Positions 63,158 to 64,000 of a stretch of DNA of 64,000 nt are shown piece after piece. The translations under genes and the position numbers were made by a program. How positions within the stretch are numbered: the first letter of the stretch is position 1; each line of letters starts with the position of its first letter. The DNA lies in assembly GCA_963709585.1 (NCBI GenBank), contig CAVPXI010000004.1, positions 170,547-234,546 of the forward strand. The letters run 5' to 3'. Source of the DNA: Candidatus Dormiibacterota bacterium (GTDB lineage Bacteria; Chloroflexota; Dormibacteria; Aeolococcales; Aeolococcaceae). The notes beneath the pieces were generated by a model, which made no database searches, was not told the origin of the DNA, and saw nothing but the letters and a program-made list of their open reading frames with translations.

Positions 63158-64000
63158 GAGATGATGCGGCAGGCGCTCGAGACGGTCGTAGCCGGCCGCT
63201 CACTGGATATTCCGACAGCTCGGGCGGTGATGGACACGATGATGGAGGGCAAGGCGTCAGCAGCCCAGGTGGGGGCGCTGGTTGCGGCGTTGCGCACCAA
63301 GGGCGAGACGGTCGATGAGCTCTCCGGCATGGTCGAGTCGATGCGAGCTCATGCCACACCGGTCCCCCTGCAAGTCGATGCCGTGGACACCTGCGGCACC
63401 GGCGGGGACGGCGCGGGGACGTTCAACATCTCGACCGCCGCGGCGCTGGTTGCCGCGGGTGCCGGCTGTCCGGTCGCGAAGCACGGCAACCGCGCGGCGT
63501 CATCACGGTGTGGCAGCGCAGACGTGCTCGAAGCTCTTGGCGTGGTGATCTCCCTCTCGCCGCAGGGCGTTCGCCGTTGCGTGGAAGAAGCCGGGATCGG
63601 CTTCCTGTTCGCTCCCGACTTTCACCCGGCGTTGCGCCACGTCGCCGCGGTCCGTCGCGAGCTCGGGATCCGGACGGTTTTCAACGTGCTCGGCCCGCTC
63701 GCGAATCCCGCTCGGGTTCGCCGTCAATCCCTGGGTGTTTCAAACGCGAGACTTGCGCCGATGATGGCCGAGGTGCTGCATCGATTGGGACACGTCCACG
63801 CGCTCGTCTTCACCGGCCCCGACGGCGTTGACGAGCTTGGGGTTGCCGGGAGCGCGCGATGCTTCGAGGTGACCGTCGAAGGCGTGCGCGATTTCGTCCT
63901 CGACCCGCGCGACGTCGGGCTCGAGGCGGCGCCGTTCGACGCTGTGCGCGGCGGTGATGCTGCGGCCAACGCCGCGACCATCCGGTCAGTTCTCGAAGGT
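63158..64000 (+). CDS. trpD: anthranilate phosphoribosyltransferase (3 prime partial)
   Basis: Open frame to the window end. Absent from the ORF track because no stop is reached. TrpD motifs GTGGDG and KHGNRA.SS.CGSADVLEALG. Confidence 0.85.

Overview
This is about 64 kb of high-GC (roughly 70%) chromosome that looks actinobacterial. The lineage call rests on a mycothiol-dependent isomerase family, an LLM/F420-type oxidoreductase, a complete menaquinone cluster, a WYL-domain regulator, ECF sigma/anti-sigma and NiCoT/Fur pairs, and translational-coupling overlaps (ATGA/GTGA) between adjacent genes.

About 65 protein-coding genes are called, densely packed on both strands. The core content is:
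- transport genes: several ABC systems, AzlCD, a CDF exporter, NiCoT and an MFS pump
- a complete menaquinone cluster, menG-menF / menD-C-A-B / menE
- redox genes (a Grx-TrxR fusion, TlpA, MsrA/MsrB) and DNA-metabolism genes (RecQ, Lon, several NUDIX and MBL hydrolases)
- the first 5 prime third of trpD, running off the 3 prime end of the window.

No rRNA, tRNA, CRISPR array, IS element or prophage was seen.

Two things stand out.

1. At least 15 genes are split into two adjacent ORFs by a single-base indel, nearly always inside a short G or C run. That points to systematic homopolymer indel error in the assembly rather than gene decay, so split genes are reported as single merged CDSs.

2. 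The candidate accessory system is a WYL-domain regulator plus GNAT operon (36448..37985, minus strand) divergent from a roughly 1150-aa protein (38291..41757). That protein fuses a Cas4-like nuclease, a DnaQ-like exonuclease and an SF1 helicase, and is followed by a ClbS-like/TPR protein. This looks like a DNA-damage or defence-type module of unclear function.

Other points of interest are a Cys-rich secreted protein (1968..3606), a consensus promoter driving a 79-aa ORF (4281..4591), and several AT-rich palindromic operator candidates.
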